A stretch of 64,000 nucleotides of DNA from Deltaproteobacteria bacterium (lineage in GTDB: Bacteria; Myxococcota_A; UBA9160; SMWR01), in contig JAQBHB010000018.1 in NCBI GenBank assembly GCA_032128115.1, positions 16,681-80,680 of the forward strand, in the 5' to 3' direction. Below the pieces are notes generated by a model that saw only the letters and a program-made list of their open reading frames with translations, did no database searches and was not told the DNA's origin. Every line of letters begins with the position of its first letter. Position 1 is the stretch's first letter. Made by a program: the position numbers and the translations under genes. Below are positions 50,295 to 60,731 of the stretch, in pieces.

Positions 50295-51745
50295 CGGCCC
50301 GGGCTCCCGGGGCCTCCCCGCGCTGCTCGCCGGGCATCGGCCACCTCGTCGATGGATTCGAGGAGACTACGGTACAGGAGCACGCTGCGGATCGCCGCCG
50401 AGAGCGATGCCGAGAGCAGCTCGCCGGTGGCCGCCGAGGCGCGGGCAGCGCCCGACGGGAAGGCGCGCACCACGCCGAGAACCTTGCCGCGCAGGCGAAG
50501 CGGGACACACAGGAGCGGACCGACTGCGCCGCTGGAAGGCGTATCCACGTCGCGGTCGAAGCGCGGGTCGGCTGCGGGGTCATCGGTGGCCACCAGGCGG
50601 CCGGTCTGGAGCACGGTTCCGGTGAGGCCCCGGTTCAACGGCAGGCTGGGCCGATCGCCAGCGCCGATGCCCTCGCACTGGCCCTCCAGGGTGAGTTCGC
50701 CGTCCTCGATCATGTACAGCGCCACCGGCGCTGCGGGCAGGCCGCGGGCCACCGGCCGCAGGGCGGCGTCTACCAGGCGCCGAGGGTCGGCTTCCTCGGC
50801 CACCACGTCGCAGATTTCACGCGCCATCTCCGCGTCCGCATCCCGGCTCCCGCCCGGACGACCCCCGTGTTCCAGCCAGGGTCCAAGGTGCAGGGCCAGG
50901 ACGCGGAGCAGGGCCAGGTCGTCGTCCCCGAACGGCTCATCGGATTCGCGATCCGTGGCGCACAGCATGCCCTGGACGCCTTCGCGTCCCGGAATCGGGC
51001 AGATTGCGAACGAGCCGGTGCGATAGCGACCGGCCGGAACCCGACCGGCGAAGCGCTCGTCGTCCTCCACCCGCGCCACGACCAGACCCTCTCCGCTGGC
51101 CAGAGCCGCGCCCGACGGTCCGTCTTCCAGGGGCACCCGGTCCATTTCGCCAGCGGGCAGAGATCGCCCGGTGACGGCGGCGACAACCAGGGTCGATTCG
51201 CCCACCAGTCGCATCACCGACGTCTTGGACGCCCCCAGGACGTCGGCCACCGCCTCGGCCGCCGACGCCAGCAGCCACTCCAGGGAATCGGCAGCGGCTC
51301 CCCGGCGAGCAGCCTCCAGCCGTTGCAGGGAGGCTTCCAGGCGCGTCAGGCGATCGCGCAGGACCGCGCCGCGCTTCTCCACCTGGTGGCTCGCAAGGGC
51401 GCGCCGCACGCTCAGCACCAGCTCCTCCAGGTGCAGCGGCTTCGCAAGATAGTCACAGGCGTGCAGGCGCAGGGCCTCGAGCACCCGGTCCTGGTCCGCG
51501 TGGGTCGAGAGCACGATCACGCGAAGCGACGGCCGCGCGCTGCGCAGCCGCTCGAGCACCTCGGTCCCCTCCATGCCCCCGGGTTGCAGGTCGAGCACCA
51601 CCACGGCGACGGCCGGATCCTCGGCCGCCTTCAGGGCCTCTTCCCCACTCTCCGCCGTCACGCACTCGATGTGCGCTTCGGACAGGGCATCGCGAATCGC
51701 GTCGCGAAAGAACCGCTCGTCGTCGACGACCAGAACGGCGGGCAT
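50291..51745 (-). CDS. Response regulator with tandem GAF-like domains (REC-GAF-GAF)
   Basis: REC: AVLVVDDERFFRD...VVVLDLQPGGMEGTEVL...LAKP. There is a coiled linker, then two GAF-like segments (...SFAICPIPGREGVQGMLCATDR... and ...GPLLCVPLRLRGKVLGVVRAF...). No DNA-binding or enzymatic output is seen. Confidence 0.7.
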   Translation of the reverse strand: MPAVLVVDDERFFRDAIRDALSEAHIECVTAESGEEALKAAEDPAVAVVVLDLQPGGMEGTEVLERLRSARPSLRVIVLSTHADQDRVLEALRLHACDYLAKPLHLEELVLSVRRALASHQVEKRGAVLRDRLTRLEASLQRLEAARRGAAADSLEWLLASAAEAVADVLGASKTSVMRLVGESTLVVAAVTGRSLPAGEMDRVPLEDGPSGAALASGEGLVVARVEDDERFAGRVPAGRYRTGSFAICPIPGREGVQGMLCATDRESDEPFGDDDLALLRVLALHLGPWLEHGGRPGGSRDADAEMAREICDVVAEEADPRRLVDAALRPVARGLPAAPVALYMIEDGELTLEGQCEGIGAGDRPSLPLNRGLTGTVLQTGRLVATDDPAADPRFDRDVDTPSSGAVGPLLCVPLRLRGKVLGVVRAFPSGAARASAATGELLSASLSAAIRSVLLYRSLLESIDEVADARRAARGGPGSPGR

Positions 51746-51761
51746 CGGTTGTCCTCCCTGC

Positions 51762-53165
51762 TCAGAGGATGAAGCGCGAGAGATCTTCGTCCCGCACCAG
51801 ATCGTCGAGACGTTCCCTCACGAAGGACTCGTCCACCACGTGGTGGGTCCCAGCCAGATCCGGCGCATCGAAACTCATCTCCTCGAGCAGTTTCTCCATC
51901 ACCGTGTGCAACCTCCGGGCACCGATGTCGTCCGAGCGCTCGTTCACGATCGCCGCGTACTCGGCGATCGTCCGGATGCCGTCCTCCTTGAACTCCACTT
52001 CCACGTTCTCGGTGCGCAGAAGCTCCGTGTATTGGCGAACCAACGAGTTCTGGGGCTCGCTCAGGATCCGGACGAAATCGCTCCGGGTCAGGCTCGAGAG
52101 CTCGACACGGATGGGGAAGCGCCCCTGGAGCTCGGGAATCAGATCCGAGGGCTTGGCCGCGTGGAAGGCCCCCGCAGCGATGAACAGGATGTGATCGGTG
52201 CGAATCGTCCCGTGCTTGGTCTGCACGCTGGACCCCTCGACGATCGGCAGCAGATCGCGCTGCACCCCCTCGCGCGACACGTCGGGTCCGGAGCGTGCCT
52301 GGGAACCCACCGCCACCTTGTCGAGCTCGTCGATGAAGACGATTCCCGACTGCTCGATGCGCGAGACCGCGAGTTCGCGCACCTGATCCATGTCTACCAG
52401 GCGTGTGGCCTCCTCGGCAGCCAGCGCCTCGAGCGCGGCCTTTACCCCCATGCGTCGCCTCCGGGTCTGCTTGGGCAGCATGCCCCCCAGCAGATCCTTG
52501 AACTGCATGCCCATTTCCTCCACGCCCTGGGGCGTGAAGAGGGACAGGGTGGTCCCCGCGCCGCCACCGTCCTCGAGCTCGATCTCCACCTCGCGCTCAT
52601 CGAGCCCACCGGCGCGGAGCATCACGCGGAGCTTCTCGCGCGTCTCGCTGCCCGGTTCGGCGGTCGCATCCACGGTGGTGGGGCCCAACCGGATCACCGC
52701 CTGATCCCCCCCCGACCCGGAGGCCGGCGTCGGGGCGTGGGGGGGCGGCAGCAGCACGTCCAGCAGGCGCTCCTCGGCACGCTCCTCCGCCACGACACGG
52801 ACCGCGCGCTTGCTCTCGTCGAGTACCAGCGCCATGCCCAGTTCGGCCAGGTCGCGGATGATCGACTCCACGTCGCGACCCACGTAGCCCACCTCGGTGA
52901 ACTTGGAAGCCTCCACCTTGAGGAACGGCGCCCCGGCCATGCGCGCCAATCGGCGCGCGACTTCGGTCTTGCCCACGCCGGTGGGCCCGATCATGATGAT
53001 GTTCTTCGGCGCGATCTCGTCGCGAAGCTCCTCGGGCACCTGTTGGCGACGCCAGCGGTTGCGCAGGGCGATGGCCACCGCGCGCTTGGCCTCGCCCTGG
53101 CCCACGATGTAACGGTCCAGTTCCGAGACCACCTCCCGCGGCGTCAGGCTCTGTTCCCGACTCAC
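51762..53165 (-). CDS. hslU: ATP-dependent protease ATPase subunit HslU
   Basis: In-frame GTG 53163-53165 overlaps the hslV stop (GTGA). [35 protein letters not shown]...[20 protein letters not shown]...[10 protein letters not shown]. The ORF-track 738-aa form is an upstream read-through artefact. Confidence 0.92.
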   Translation of the reverse strand: MSREQSLTPREVVSELDRYIVGQGEAKRAVAIALRNRWRRQQVPEELRDEIAPKNIIMIGPTGVGKTEVARRLARMAGAPFLKVEASKFTEVGYVGRDVESIIRDLAELGMALVLDESKRAVRVVAEERAEERLLDVLLPPPHAPTPASGSGGDQAVIRLGPTTVDATAEPGSETREKLRVMLRAGGLDEREVEIELEDGGGAGTTLSLFTPQGVEEMGMQFKDLLGGMLPKQTRRRRMGVKAALEALAAEEATRLVDMDQVRELAVSRIEQSGIVFIDELDKVAVGSQARSGPDVSREGVQRDLLPIVEGSSVQTKHGTIRTDHILFIAAGAFHAAKPSDLIPELQGRFPIRVELSSLTRSDFVRILSEPQNSLVRQYTELLRTENVEVEFKEDGIRTIAEYAAIVNERSDDIGARRLHTVMEKLLEEMSFDAPDLAGTHHVVDESFVRERLDDLVRDEDLSRFIL

Positions 53166-53704
53166 GGGAGCGTCACCAGGTGGATGTGGTCGTTGGTATA
53201 GATACAGATTTCCGAAGCCACCTTCAGGGCTTCCGAAGCAATCTCCCGGGCCGGAAGCTCCGTGTGGCGGGCCAGGGCCCGGGCCGCCGCGAGGGCGTAG
53301 GACCCCCCGGATCCGATGGCCGCGATGCCGTCGTCGGGCTCGATCACGTCTCCGTTGCCGGACACCACCAGGACGTGCTCGCGATCGCCCACCAGCAGCA
53401 ACGCCTCGAGTCGGCGCAGGGCGCGGTCCATGCGCCAGTCCCGGGCCAGCTCCACGGCCGCGCGGCGCACGTTTCCCGAGTGGGCCTCGAGCTTGGCCTC
53501 GAGCCGCTCGGTCAGGGCCAGCGCGTCCGCGGCGCCCCCGGCGAACCCGATCAGGGCGGCGCCATTGGACGCGACACGCGCCTTCTGGGCGGCGTGCTTG
53601 ACCACCGCTTCGCCCATCGTCACCTGGCCGTCGGAAGCCATGGCGATCTCGCCATTGCGAACGATGGCCAGGACGCTGGTGGCCCGAATCCGCGCTGCCT
53701 TCAA
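53162..53704 (-). CDS. hslV: ATP-dependent protease subunit HslV
   Basis: [36 protein letters not shown]...GFAGGAADA. The TTG start overlaps the xerC stop. Confidence 0.9.
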   Translation of the reverse strand: MKAARIRATSVLAIVRNGEIAMASDGQVTMGEAVVKHAAQKARVASNGAALIGFAGGAADALALTERLEAKLEAHSGNVRRAAVELARDWRMDRALRRLEALLLVGDREHVLVVSGNGDVIEPDDGIAAIGSGGSYALAAARALARHTELPAREIASEALKVASEICIYTNDHIHLVTLP

Positions 53705-54666
53705 GACTTCGCCGCCCCGGGCTTGCGGCGCCCCCGCGAGCCGCGCGCGCCGTGCGCCCGCGGGTGAGCATCGTCATAGACCTGCATGAGCCGATCCGTG
53801 GACACGGCCGTGTATTTCTCCGTCGTCGAGAGACTCGAGTGTCCGAGGAGTTCTTGAATCTCGCGCAGGTCGGCGCCCATGTCGAGCAGGTGCGTGGCGT
53901 AGCTGTGACGCAGGCGGTGGGGATGCACGCGGTCTGCGATTCCCGCGGCGCGGGCGCGCAACTCGAGCACCCGGCCAACGTCGCGAACCCCGAGTCGGTG
54001 CACGCTCCCGCCGCGCGAGCGCAGGCTCGTGAACAGGGGCTCCCCCAGGATGCCCGGTCCTCGCCTCAGGGCCAGGTACGCTTCCAATGCCTCCACGGTC
54101 ACCGCCGTGAGCGGAACCACCCGCTCCTTGTGTCCCTTTCCGGTGACCCGGACATCCCGGCGGTGCAGGTCCACATCGCGCACCCGAAGCGATGCCAGTT
54201 CACCCACGCGCAGACCGGCGCCGTATAGCAGCTCCACCAGGGCGTGATCGCGCGCTTTGCGAAGGGCGGTCCACTCGCCGGAGCCCCGGTTGGCCGGGCC
54301 CTCGGTCTCGACGAGGGAATTGCAATCGTCCACCGGGAGGGGGCGCGGAAGCCGACGCGGAGCGCGAGGTGCGGACATGCTCTCGGTGGGATCGATGCGA
54401 CCCACGTTTTCGGCGAGGAGGAAGAGGAAGAAGCCCCGCAGCGAGGCCAGCTTGCGGCCCAGGGTCGCTGGGTGCCGGCGCGGGTGCAGATCCGCCAGGA
54501 AGGCGCGTACGTCTTCCGACGTCACGCGTTCCGGGCGGCTTTCGTCGCCCAGGAAGGCCGCCAGCTGCCGCACGTCGGAAACGTAGGCGCGACGCGTGTG
54601 GGGCGAAAGGTTGCGACCGGCGTAGAGGTGCAGATCGAAGCGGCGAAGGGCCTCGGCGAAGGTCAT
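53701..54666 (-). CDS. xerC: Tyrosine recombinase XerC/XerD family (chromosome dimer resolution)
   Basis: C-terminal catalytic region [39 protein letters not shown]. Conserved trmFO-xerC-hslV-hslU context. Confidence 0.85.
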   Translation of the reverse strand: MTFAEALRRFDLHLYAGRNLSPHTRRAYVSDVRQLAAFLGDESRPERVTSEDVRAFLADLHPRRHPATLGRKLASLRGFFLFLLAENVGRIDPTESMSAPRAPRRLPRPLPVDDCNSLVETEGPANRGSGEWTALRKARDHALVELLYGAGLRVGELASLRVRDVDLHRRDVRVTGKGHKERVVPLTAVTVEALEAYLALRRGPGILGEPLFTSLRSRGGSVHRLGVRDVGRVLELRARAAGIADRVHPHRLRHSYATHLLDMGADLREIQELLGHSSLSTTEKYTAVSTDRLMQVYDDAHPRAHGARGSRGRRKPGAAKS

Positions 54667-56009
54667 TCCAGCAGCGCCGCCGAGCTGTCGACGAAGGGCT
54701 GCAGGGCCTGCAGCGCGCGCTCGGCCAGCTTCTGGTTCTTCTCGAGCTTGCGCAGGCGGACCTGCTTGCCCGAGACCTGCGGGAGCTGCGGCAGGCTCGG
54801 AAACAGCCCGTAGTTCACGTTCATGGGCTGGAAGTTTCGCGGGTCGGCCCCGATCAGGTAGCCGATCAGGGCACCGTGAGCGGTGGCGGCGTCCGGAAGC
54901 TCGAGCGGAAGTCCCCGCACGGCCCGCGCCGCGTTGAGTCCGGCGATTCCCCCGAGCGCCGCAGACTCCACGTAGCCTTCGACTCCGGTGAGTTGGCCGG
55001 CGATGTAGACGCCGGGACGCGATCGCGTCTCCAGGGACGGGAGTAGCTGCTTCGGCGCGTTGATGTAGGTGTTGCGATGCACCGACCCGAAGCGCGCGAA
55101 CACGGCCTGGGACAGACCGGGCAGGCTCCGGAATACGCGCTTCTGGTCTCCGATGCGGAGCTTCGTCTGGAAGCCGACGAAGTTGTAGAGGACGCCCTGC
55201 TTGTCTTCCTGGCGCAGCTGTACCACCGCGAAGGGCCGGCGTCCGGTTCGCGGGTCGACGAGCCCCACGGGTTTCATGGGTCCGTAGGCCAGGGTCTCCG
55301 GACCGCGGCGCGCGATCTCCTCGATGGGGAGACAGCCCTCGAAATACAGCGAGGCCTCGAAGCGATGCAGCGGCACCGTGTCGGACGCAAGCAGGTCGGC
55401 GACGAAGGCCCGGTAGCCGGCTTCGTCCAGGGGGACGTTCAGGTAGTCGCCCGCGTCGTCCTCGTACCGCGAAGCGCGGAACACCCGATCGTGATCGATG
55501 GAATCCGCGTATACGATGGGCGAGAGCGCATCATAGAAATACAGGGATTCGTCCCCCATCAGCGCCGTGAGATCGCGGGCCAACTCGGGCGCCGTCAGGG
55601 GGCCGGTGGCCAGGATCACGCGCACGCCCTCTGGAATCCGCTCCACCAGCTCGCGGCGCACCCGGATCCGGGGCTGCGATTCGAGGGTCTCGGTGATGCG
55701 GCGCGCAAAGGCCACGCGATCCACCGCCAGAGCGCGTCCGGCCGGCACGGCGGACTCGTCCGCTGCGGCCAGCACCAGCGAGCCGAGCCGGCGCATCTCC
55801 TCCTTGAGCAGACCCACGGCGTTGCCGAGGCTGTTGGAGCGCAGGGAGTTGCTGCACACCAGCTCCGCGAAGTCCGGCGACGTGTGGGCGGGCGAAAAGC
55901 GCGCGGGCTTCATCTCGTAGAGGTCGACGCGCACGCCCCGCCGCGCGGCCTGCCACGCCGCCTCACAGCCCGCGAGCCCTCCCCCCACCACCACGAGATC
56001 CGCCTGCAC
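54663..56009 (-). CDS. trmFO: Folate-dependent tRNA (uracil-5-)-methyltransferase TrmFO (Gid)
   Basis: VVVGGGLAGCEAAWQAARRG...HTSPDFAELVCSNSLRS...IAGQLTGVEGYVESAA. Confidence 0.88.
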   Translation of the reverse strand: MQADLVVVGGGLAGCEAAWQAARRGVRVDLYEMKPARFSPAHTSPDFAELVCSNSLRSNSLGNAVGLLKEEMRRLGSLVLAAADESAVPAGRALAVDRVAFARRITETLESQPRIRVRRELVERIPEGVRVILATGPLTAPELARDLTALMGDESLYFYDALSPIVYADSIDHDRVFRASRYEDDAGDYLNVPLDEAGYRAFVADLLASDTVPLHRFEASLYFEGCLPIEEIARRGPETLAYGPMKPVGLVDPRTGRRPFAVVQLRQEDKQGVLYNFVGFQTKLRIGDQKRVFRSLPGLSQAVFARFGSVHRNTYINAPKQLLPSLETRSRPGVYIAGQLTGVEGYVESAALGGIAGLNAARAVRGLPLELPDAATAHGALIGYLIGADPRNFQPMNVNYGLFPSLPQLPQVSGKQVRLRKLEKNQKLAERALQALQPFVDSSAALLE

Positions 56010-56048
56010 GCGGGAAGTCTAGTGAATCCGCGGGGTTTCCGAACTGCG

Positions 56049-57146
56049 TCAAGCGATCGCAGACAAGCAGCCGTCGCGTCCTTCGGCGATGCGACCCTCC
56101 ATCTCCAACTCCAACAGGTCGAGCGATAGATCCTGGGGGGAGCAACCGAGGCGGTTCGCCAGCTCGTCCCGGGTGCCGGGCTCGTCGCGCAGCGCCAACA
56201 GGATGCGTCCGCGCGTTCCCGCCTCGCGCACCGGCGCAGGCCCGAGCACCGGGGGCGCCGCCGGGATACGACCCATGGCGCGCAGCTCTTCGAGCACGCT
56301 ATCGGGCCCGTCCGCCACGCCGGCGCCATGGCGCAGCAGCCAGTGGGTGCCCGCACTGGTGGGGGACGTGATGGGCCCGGGAACCGCGAACACTTCCCGG
56401 CCCTGGTCGCCCGCCAGGCGCGCGGTGATCAGGGACCCACTGCGCAGCCGCGCCTCCACCACCACCACCATGCTGGACAACCCGCTGATCAGGCGGTTGC
56501 GCAGCGGAAAGTGGTGGCGACGCGGCGGCGTCCCGGGCGCGAACTCCGAGACGAGGGCACCGGAGCGTTCGATCCGTGCCGCCAGTTCCCGGTGCACCGC
56601 GGGATACACCCGCTCCGGCCCGCACGCCTGCACGGCCACCGTGCGCCCACCCGCGTCGAGCGCGGCCCGGTGTGCGGCGGCGTCGATGCCGGCTGCCAGG
56701 CCGGACACCACCACCACGCCCGCCCGCGCCAGGGCGAAGGCCATCTGTGCGGCCACCTGGCGCCCGTAGGCCGTCGCCGCACGCGCCCCCACCACGGCCA
56801 CGCACGGACCCGCCAGGGCCTCTAGCTGGCCCCGTACCCACAACAGGGGCGCCGGGTCGGCCAGGTGCGAAAGAGCGACCGGGTAGGCGGGTGAAAGCAG
56901 CGGCAGGGCCACCGCCCCGATCCGGCGCAGGCTGGCGATCCACGCGGCCCGCTGCGCTTCCGAGAGGGGCGTCGCCTGCCCCCACGCGCGAAGCGCGGCC
57001 CGGGGACACCCGGTGCGACGCACCAGGGGCGCCGCCCGCTCCGGGTGCAGAGCCAGTGCGTGCTGGAGAGCGAGCCAGTCCCCGAGGGCTGCGGCGACAT
57101 GCGGGCGCGGGTCGGCCGGATCGAGCACCGGCGGAATCGAGGTCAT
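56049..57146 (-). CDS. dprA: DNA processing protein DprA (Smf)
   Basis: Start is ATG 57144-57146 inside a longer ORF-track entry. VVGARAATAYGRQVA...VVSGLAAGIDAAAHRAALDAGGRTVAV...HHFPLRNRLISGLS...VEARLRSGSLITA. Confidence 0.85.
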   Translation of the reverse strand: MTSIPPVLDPADPRPHVAAALGDWLALQHALALHPERAAPLVRRTGCPRAALRAWGQATPLSEAQRAAWIASLRRIGAVALPLLSPAYPVALSHLADPAPLLWVRGQLEALAGPCVAVVGARAATAYGRQVAAQMAFALARAGVVVVSGLAAGIDAAAHRAALDAGGRTVAVQACGPERVYPAVHRELAARIERSGALVSEFAPGTPPRRHHFPLRNRLISGLSSMVVVVEARLRSGSLITARLAGDQGREVFAVPGPITSPTSAGTHWLLRHGAGVADGPDSVLEELRAMGRIPAAPPVLGPAPVREAGTRGRILLALRDEPGTRDELANRLGCSPQDLSLDLLELEMEGRIAEGRDGCLSAIA

Positions 57147-57239
57147 GAGCGGCTCCCCGGGACCGGGGACCCACCCTGGATAGCACGCCCCGGTCCGTGC
57201 GCTCGCCGGCTCCGGGCGGGGCGATACCCTTGCAATCCC

Positions 57240-59132
57240 ATGGCCAGCGCCCGACGCTTCACAGCCTGGCTCGGGTGCGTGGTCCTGCTCGCGTGCGGAC
57301 CCGGCGACGCGCAAAGACCCAGCTTCCTGCTGATCACACTGGACACCACGCGCGCCGACCGCATCGGCACCTACGGCGCAGACACGGCCCACACTCCCAC
57401 CATCGACCGCCTGGCCCGCGAGGGCGTGGTGTTCGAGATGGCGCTGGCCCCCACACCGCTCACACTGCCATCCCACGCCTCGATCCTCACCGGCGTCTAT
57501 CCCACCACCCACGGCGTCCGCAACAACGGGCTGTTCGTGCTCCCCCCGGAGGCGACCCTGGTTTCAGAAGTGCTCCGCGAATCCGGCTGGAACACGGGGG
57601 CCTTCGTCGCGGCCTACGTGCTGGATGCACGCTTCGGGCTGAACCAGGGCTTCCAGGTGTATCGGGGCGTTCCCACGCATCTCATGCAGGGCCGACACTT
57701 CGAGCGGCCCGCGGACCAGGTGGTGGACGATGCCCTCACGTGGCTGCGGTCGCTGGATCCGGGTCAGCCCTTCTTCGCCTGGGTCCATCTCTACGACCCC
57801 CACCACCCCTACCGGCCACCGGGACCGTGGGACGAGCGCCTGGAGGATCCCTACGACGGTGAGATCGCCTTTTCGGATGCGCAGATCCAGCGACTGCTCG
57901 CCGGACTCGGTGCCGACGGCCGCACCAGGAATCTGCTCACGGTGGTGACCGCAGATCACGGTGAGGGGCTGGGTGATCACCGCGAGTCCACCCACGGCAC
58001 GTACGTCTACCAGACGACCCAACACGTTCCGCTGGTGCTTTCAGGAGAGCCGGTGCGCGCGTGGTGGGGCCAGCGGATCCGCGAAGCCGTCTCCACCGTG
58101 GACCTGGCCCCCACCCTGTTGGCCTTCGCCGGAATCGCGGTCGAGCGGATGCCTGAGGTGCGGGTGCCGTCCCTGTTGCCGCGCCCCGAGGCGCCGGGGG
58201 ATCGCGCCGTCTACCTGGAGAACTTCTATCCCTACTACGCCCACCGCTGGCGGGGCATGCGCGGGCTGGTGTGGGGAGATCACAAGTTCGTGGAGGGGAG
58301 CCCGCCCGAGATCTACGCCCTCGAGACCGACCCGGACGAACTGCGCGATCTGGGAGCTACCCATGCGGAGCTGGGCCAGCAGCTGCAGCGGAAGCTGACG
58401 GGGCTGGTGGCGACGCTGCCCGAGCCGGCCGCGAACGGATCCCGGCGACTGGATGCAGACGATACCGCGATGCTTGCGGCCCTGGGCTACGCGTCCGGCT
58501 CCCACGGCGAGGGCGACCCCCTGGACCCGGACCTCCCCCACACACGAGAACGTGTCGGAGATCTCGACCTGTTACACGAAGCCGGCCAGCACGTCCGGCG
58601 CGCGCGAAGGCTCGAAGCCGACACGTCGGGCACCCCTCTCGAGCGCGAAGCGCGGCGCGAACGCGGCCACGACGAGCTGACGGCAGCGCGCGAGATCCTG
58701 CGCCGGGTGCACGACGTCAATCCCGAAGATCCCACCGCCGAGCTGCGTCTGGCGAAGGTGGAACTCAGCCTGGGCAACCCGGCCCAGGCGATTCCCGCGC
58801 TGGAGCGGGTGGCGCGCGACGAGCAGTACGTGCTCGCCCACCGCTACAACCTGGCGCTGGCCTATGCGGGGGCCGGGCGACCGGCCGACGCGCGACGCTC
58901 CATGCGCGAGCTGCTGGCCCTGGAGCCGGGCTATCTGAAGGCCTACCTGTGGCTGGGGACGCACGCCGCGGATCGCGGCGAGTACGGCCGCGCGTCGTGG
59001 TGGCTCTCCGAGGCGCTCCGGGTGTCGGGCCCGGACGACCCGCGCAGCCCCGAGGTATCCCGGCTTCTGGCACAGGTGGAGGCCGGGATGCGCGAGCGCG
59101 CCCAGGTACGGAGCGCGCCCGAGCCCCTCTAG
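57240..59132 (+). CDS. Sulfatase-like (alkaline-phosphatase superfamily) lipoprotein fused to C-terminal TPR repeats
   Basis: Start ATG 57240. Lipobox VLLAC. FLLITLDTTRADRIGTYG...TPTIDRLAREGVVF...TPLTLPSHASILTGVYP...TADHGE. TPR-like repeats in the last ~200 aa. Confidence 0.7.
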   Translation: MASARRFTAWLGCVVLLACGPGDAQRPSFLLITLDTTRADRIGTYGADTAHTPTIDRLAREGVVFEMALAPTPLTLPSHASILTGVYPTTHGVRNNGLFVLPPEATLVSEVLRESGWNTGAFVAAYVLDARFGLNQGFQVYRGVPTHLMQGRHFERPADQVVDDALTWLRSLDPGQPFFAWVHLYDPHHPYRPPGPWDERLEDPYDGEIAFSDAQIQRLLAGLGADGRTRNLLTVVTADHGEGLGDHRESTHGTYVYQTTQHVPLVLSGEPVRAWWGQRIREAVSTVDLAPTLLAFAGIAVERMPEVRVPSLLPRPEAPGDRAVYLENFYPYYAHRWRGMRGLVWGDHKFVEGSPPEIYALETDPDELRDLGATHAELGQQLQRKLTGLVATLPEPAANGSRRLDADDTAMLAALGYASGSHGEGDPLDPDLPHTRERVGDLDLLHEAGQHVRRARRLEADTSGTPLEREARRERGHDELTAAREILRRVHDVNPEDPTAELRLAKVELSLGNPAQAIPALERVARDEQYVLAHRYNLALAYAGAGRPADARRSMRELLALEPGYLKAYLWLGTHAADRGEYGRASWWLSEALRVSGPDDPRSPEVSRLLAQVEAGMRERAQVRSAPEPL

Positions 59133-59146
59133 GGGGCCCGTCCGAG

Positions 59147-60571
59147 TTACCTGGCGCCGCGGAAGCTGTCGCCCAACTCGAGTTCCACGTCGGTCTGGGC
59201 GACGAACGCCACCGAGGTTTCGGGCTCCGTCTTCACGACCAGCAGATGTGCCACGACCAGGGCCGGCACGCCCACGAGCTCGCTGCGCGCGGTTTCGGTT
59301 TCGTCGTGCCCCGCTCGGAAGACCTCCAGGGGGCTTCCCACCTGCAGACCGTCCAGAGTACCGCGGTTCAGGTAGACATAGTCGACCTGTCCCACCATCG
59401 TCCTGCTGCTCGCGAAATAGCTGAGCTTGCCTTCCACGTCTCCGGGACTCGGGGCCAGCTCCACGGTCTCGGGCGCGAGCTCGCGCGGCATGATGCGGTC
59501 GCCGCGCTCGATCTCGGCCGTGGCCATGCGGATCACCGCGGTCGAGGTGTCGCGATGGTTCTCGGTCACCTCGAGCCAGCCCAGAATGTCCACGTGGTAC
59601 CCGAGCACCCGCTTCGTATCCGGGTCGGTCACGCGATCGCGAGATCGGAAGATCGTGAACTGCTCACCCACCTGGACTTCCCCGGCTCCCAGGCCGATGT
59701 AGACCGGGTCAGTCTGGCTCAGCATCACGCGTTTGGTCACCGCGTCGACGATGCTGGCCGAGCTCTCGAGGCGCTCGGCCGTCACGAGCCCCGCCATCTC
59801 GTTTGCGGCCACGGGAAAGTTGATGACCTGATCGGGTCGCTGCGCCGGCGCCTGCCACTCCGATTCCCCCTGGCCGGGGACCTCGAACTCCTCCGCCCCG
59901 ATGCCCGTGCCCGCGTTGATCAGCTCTACCGGCGCCGCGGGCAGGTTGGCCAGCAGGTCGGCCGCCTCTTCCGCACTCACCCGGCGCATCTCGGTGGCCG
60001 TGATCCAGATGCGGTCCCCGGGCACGATCACGTGCGGATTCTCGAGATTCCGGTTGTCGTTCCAGACCGACGGCCAGACCCAGGGAGTTCCCAGGTAGGC
60101 GTCGGAGATGTCCCAGAGCGTGTCTCCCGAGACCACCGTGTGCACGTGCCCCGGGCGGCCCGCGGAGTCGTAGCCCAGCGTTCCGGGCAGAACCGGCGGC
60201 ACCTCGACGATCTCGGCTTCAGCCGCCTCGATCGCATCCGCCTCGGCGCCCTCCGCCACTTCCGCCATCTCGGTGTCATCCGGCGCCGCGGGCACGGGAG
60301 CCGGGGCAGCCGTCAGGGCAGCCGCCGGGGCAGCCGCCGGGGCAGCCGTCAGGGCAGCAGATTCCAGGGTCTCGGCTCCGGCTCCCGGATCCTGCTCTTC
60401 GGCCACCCCCTCCGGGGCGGGCGCCTCAGCCGACACCTCCACCGGCTCCGCCTGAGCTTGCGGTGCATCCCGGGTCCCAGACCGGGCGGGGGCCTCCTCG
60501 GCCAGTGCCGAGGTAGCAAGCCACGGCGCCAGGACCAGCGCACCAAAACCGAGCAGCCTCGAGGATCTCAT
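59147..60571 (-). CDS. Secreted LysM-domain protein with an Ala/Pro-rich N-terminal region
   Basis: Signal peptide (LLGFGALVLAPWLATSALA), a low-complexity AAPAAAPAAALTAAPAPVPAAP stretch, and LysM HTVVSGDTLWDISDAYLGTPWVWPSVWNDNRNLENPHVIVPGDRIWI. Confidence 0.65.
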   Translation of the reverse strand: MRSSRLLGFGALVLAPWLATSALAEEAPARSGTRDAPQAQAEPVEVSAEAPAPEGVAEEQDPGAGAETLESAALTAAPAAAPAAALTAAPAPVPAAPDDTEMAEVAEGAEADAIEAAEAEIVEVPPVLPGTLGYDSAGRPGHVHTVVSGDTLWDISDAYLGTPWVWPSVWNDNRNLENPHVIVPGDRIWITATEMRRVSAEEAADLLANLPAAPVELINAGTGIGAEEFEVPGQGESEWQAPAQRPDQVINFPVAANEMAGLVTAERLESSASIVDAVTKRVMLSQTDPVYIGLGAGEVQVGEQFTIFRSRDRVTDPDTKRVLGYHVDILGWLEVTENHRDTSTAVIRMATAEIERGDRIMPRELAPETVELAPSPGDVEGKLSYFASSRTMVGQVDYVYLNRGTLDGLQVGSPLEVFRAGHDETETARSELVGVPALVVAHLLVVKTEPETSVAFVAQTDVELELGDSFRGAR

Positions 60572-60731
60572 TGCCTTCCCCCCCCATGCAGCGCCCGCCT
60601 GAAACGGCGGACCCAGGTCTCCGCCACCCAGCGCCGCGGAATCTCACCGCCGCGCCAGAGACACGGGACCTCCAGCCGTATCGACCGGAACTGCCAACCC
60701 CTTGATGGGGAAGGCCTTGAGGGGGAAGGAT

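Noticed and set aside
53701-54666. A tyrosine recombinase as a possible integrase marking a mobile element.
   Set aside because: It is embedded by 4-nt overlaps in the conserved trmFO-xerC-hslV-hslU housekeeping arrangement. There are no flanking repeats, att-like tRNA fragment or cargo genes.
57215-57239. A weak sigma-54-like GGGCGATACCCTTGCA just upstream of the sulfatase-like gene.
   Set aside because: The -24 element matches only GGC, and the TTGCA sits 5 nt from the ATG. That leaves no room for a transcription start or an RBS.
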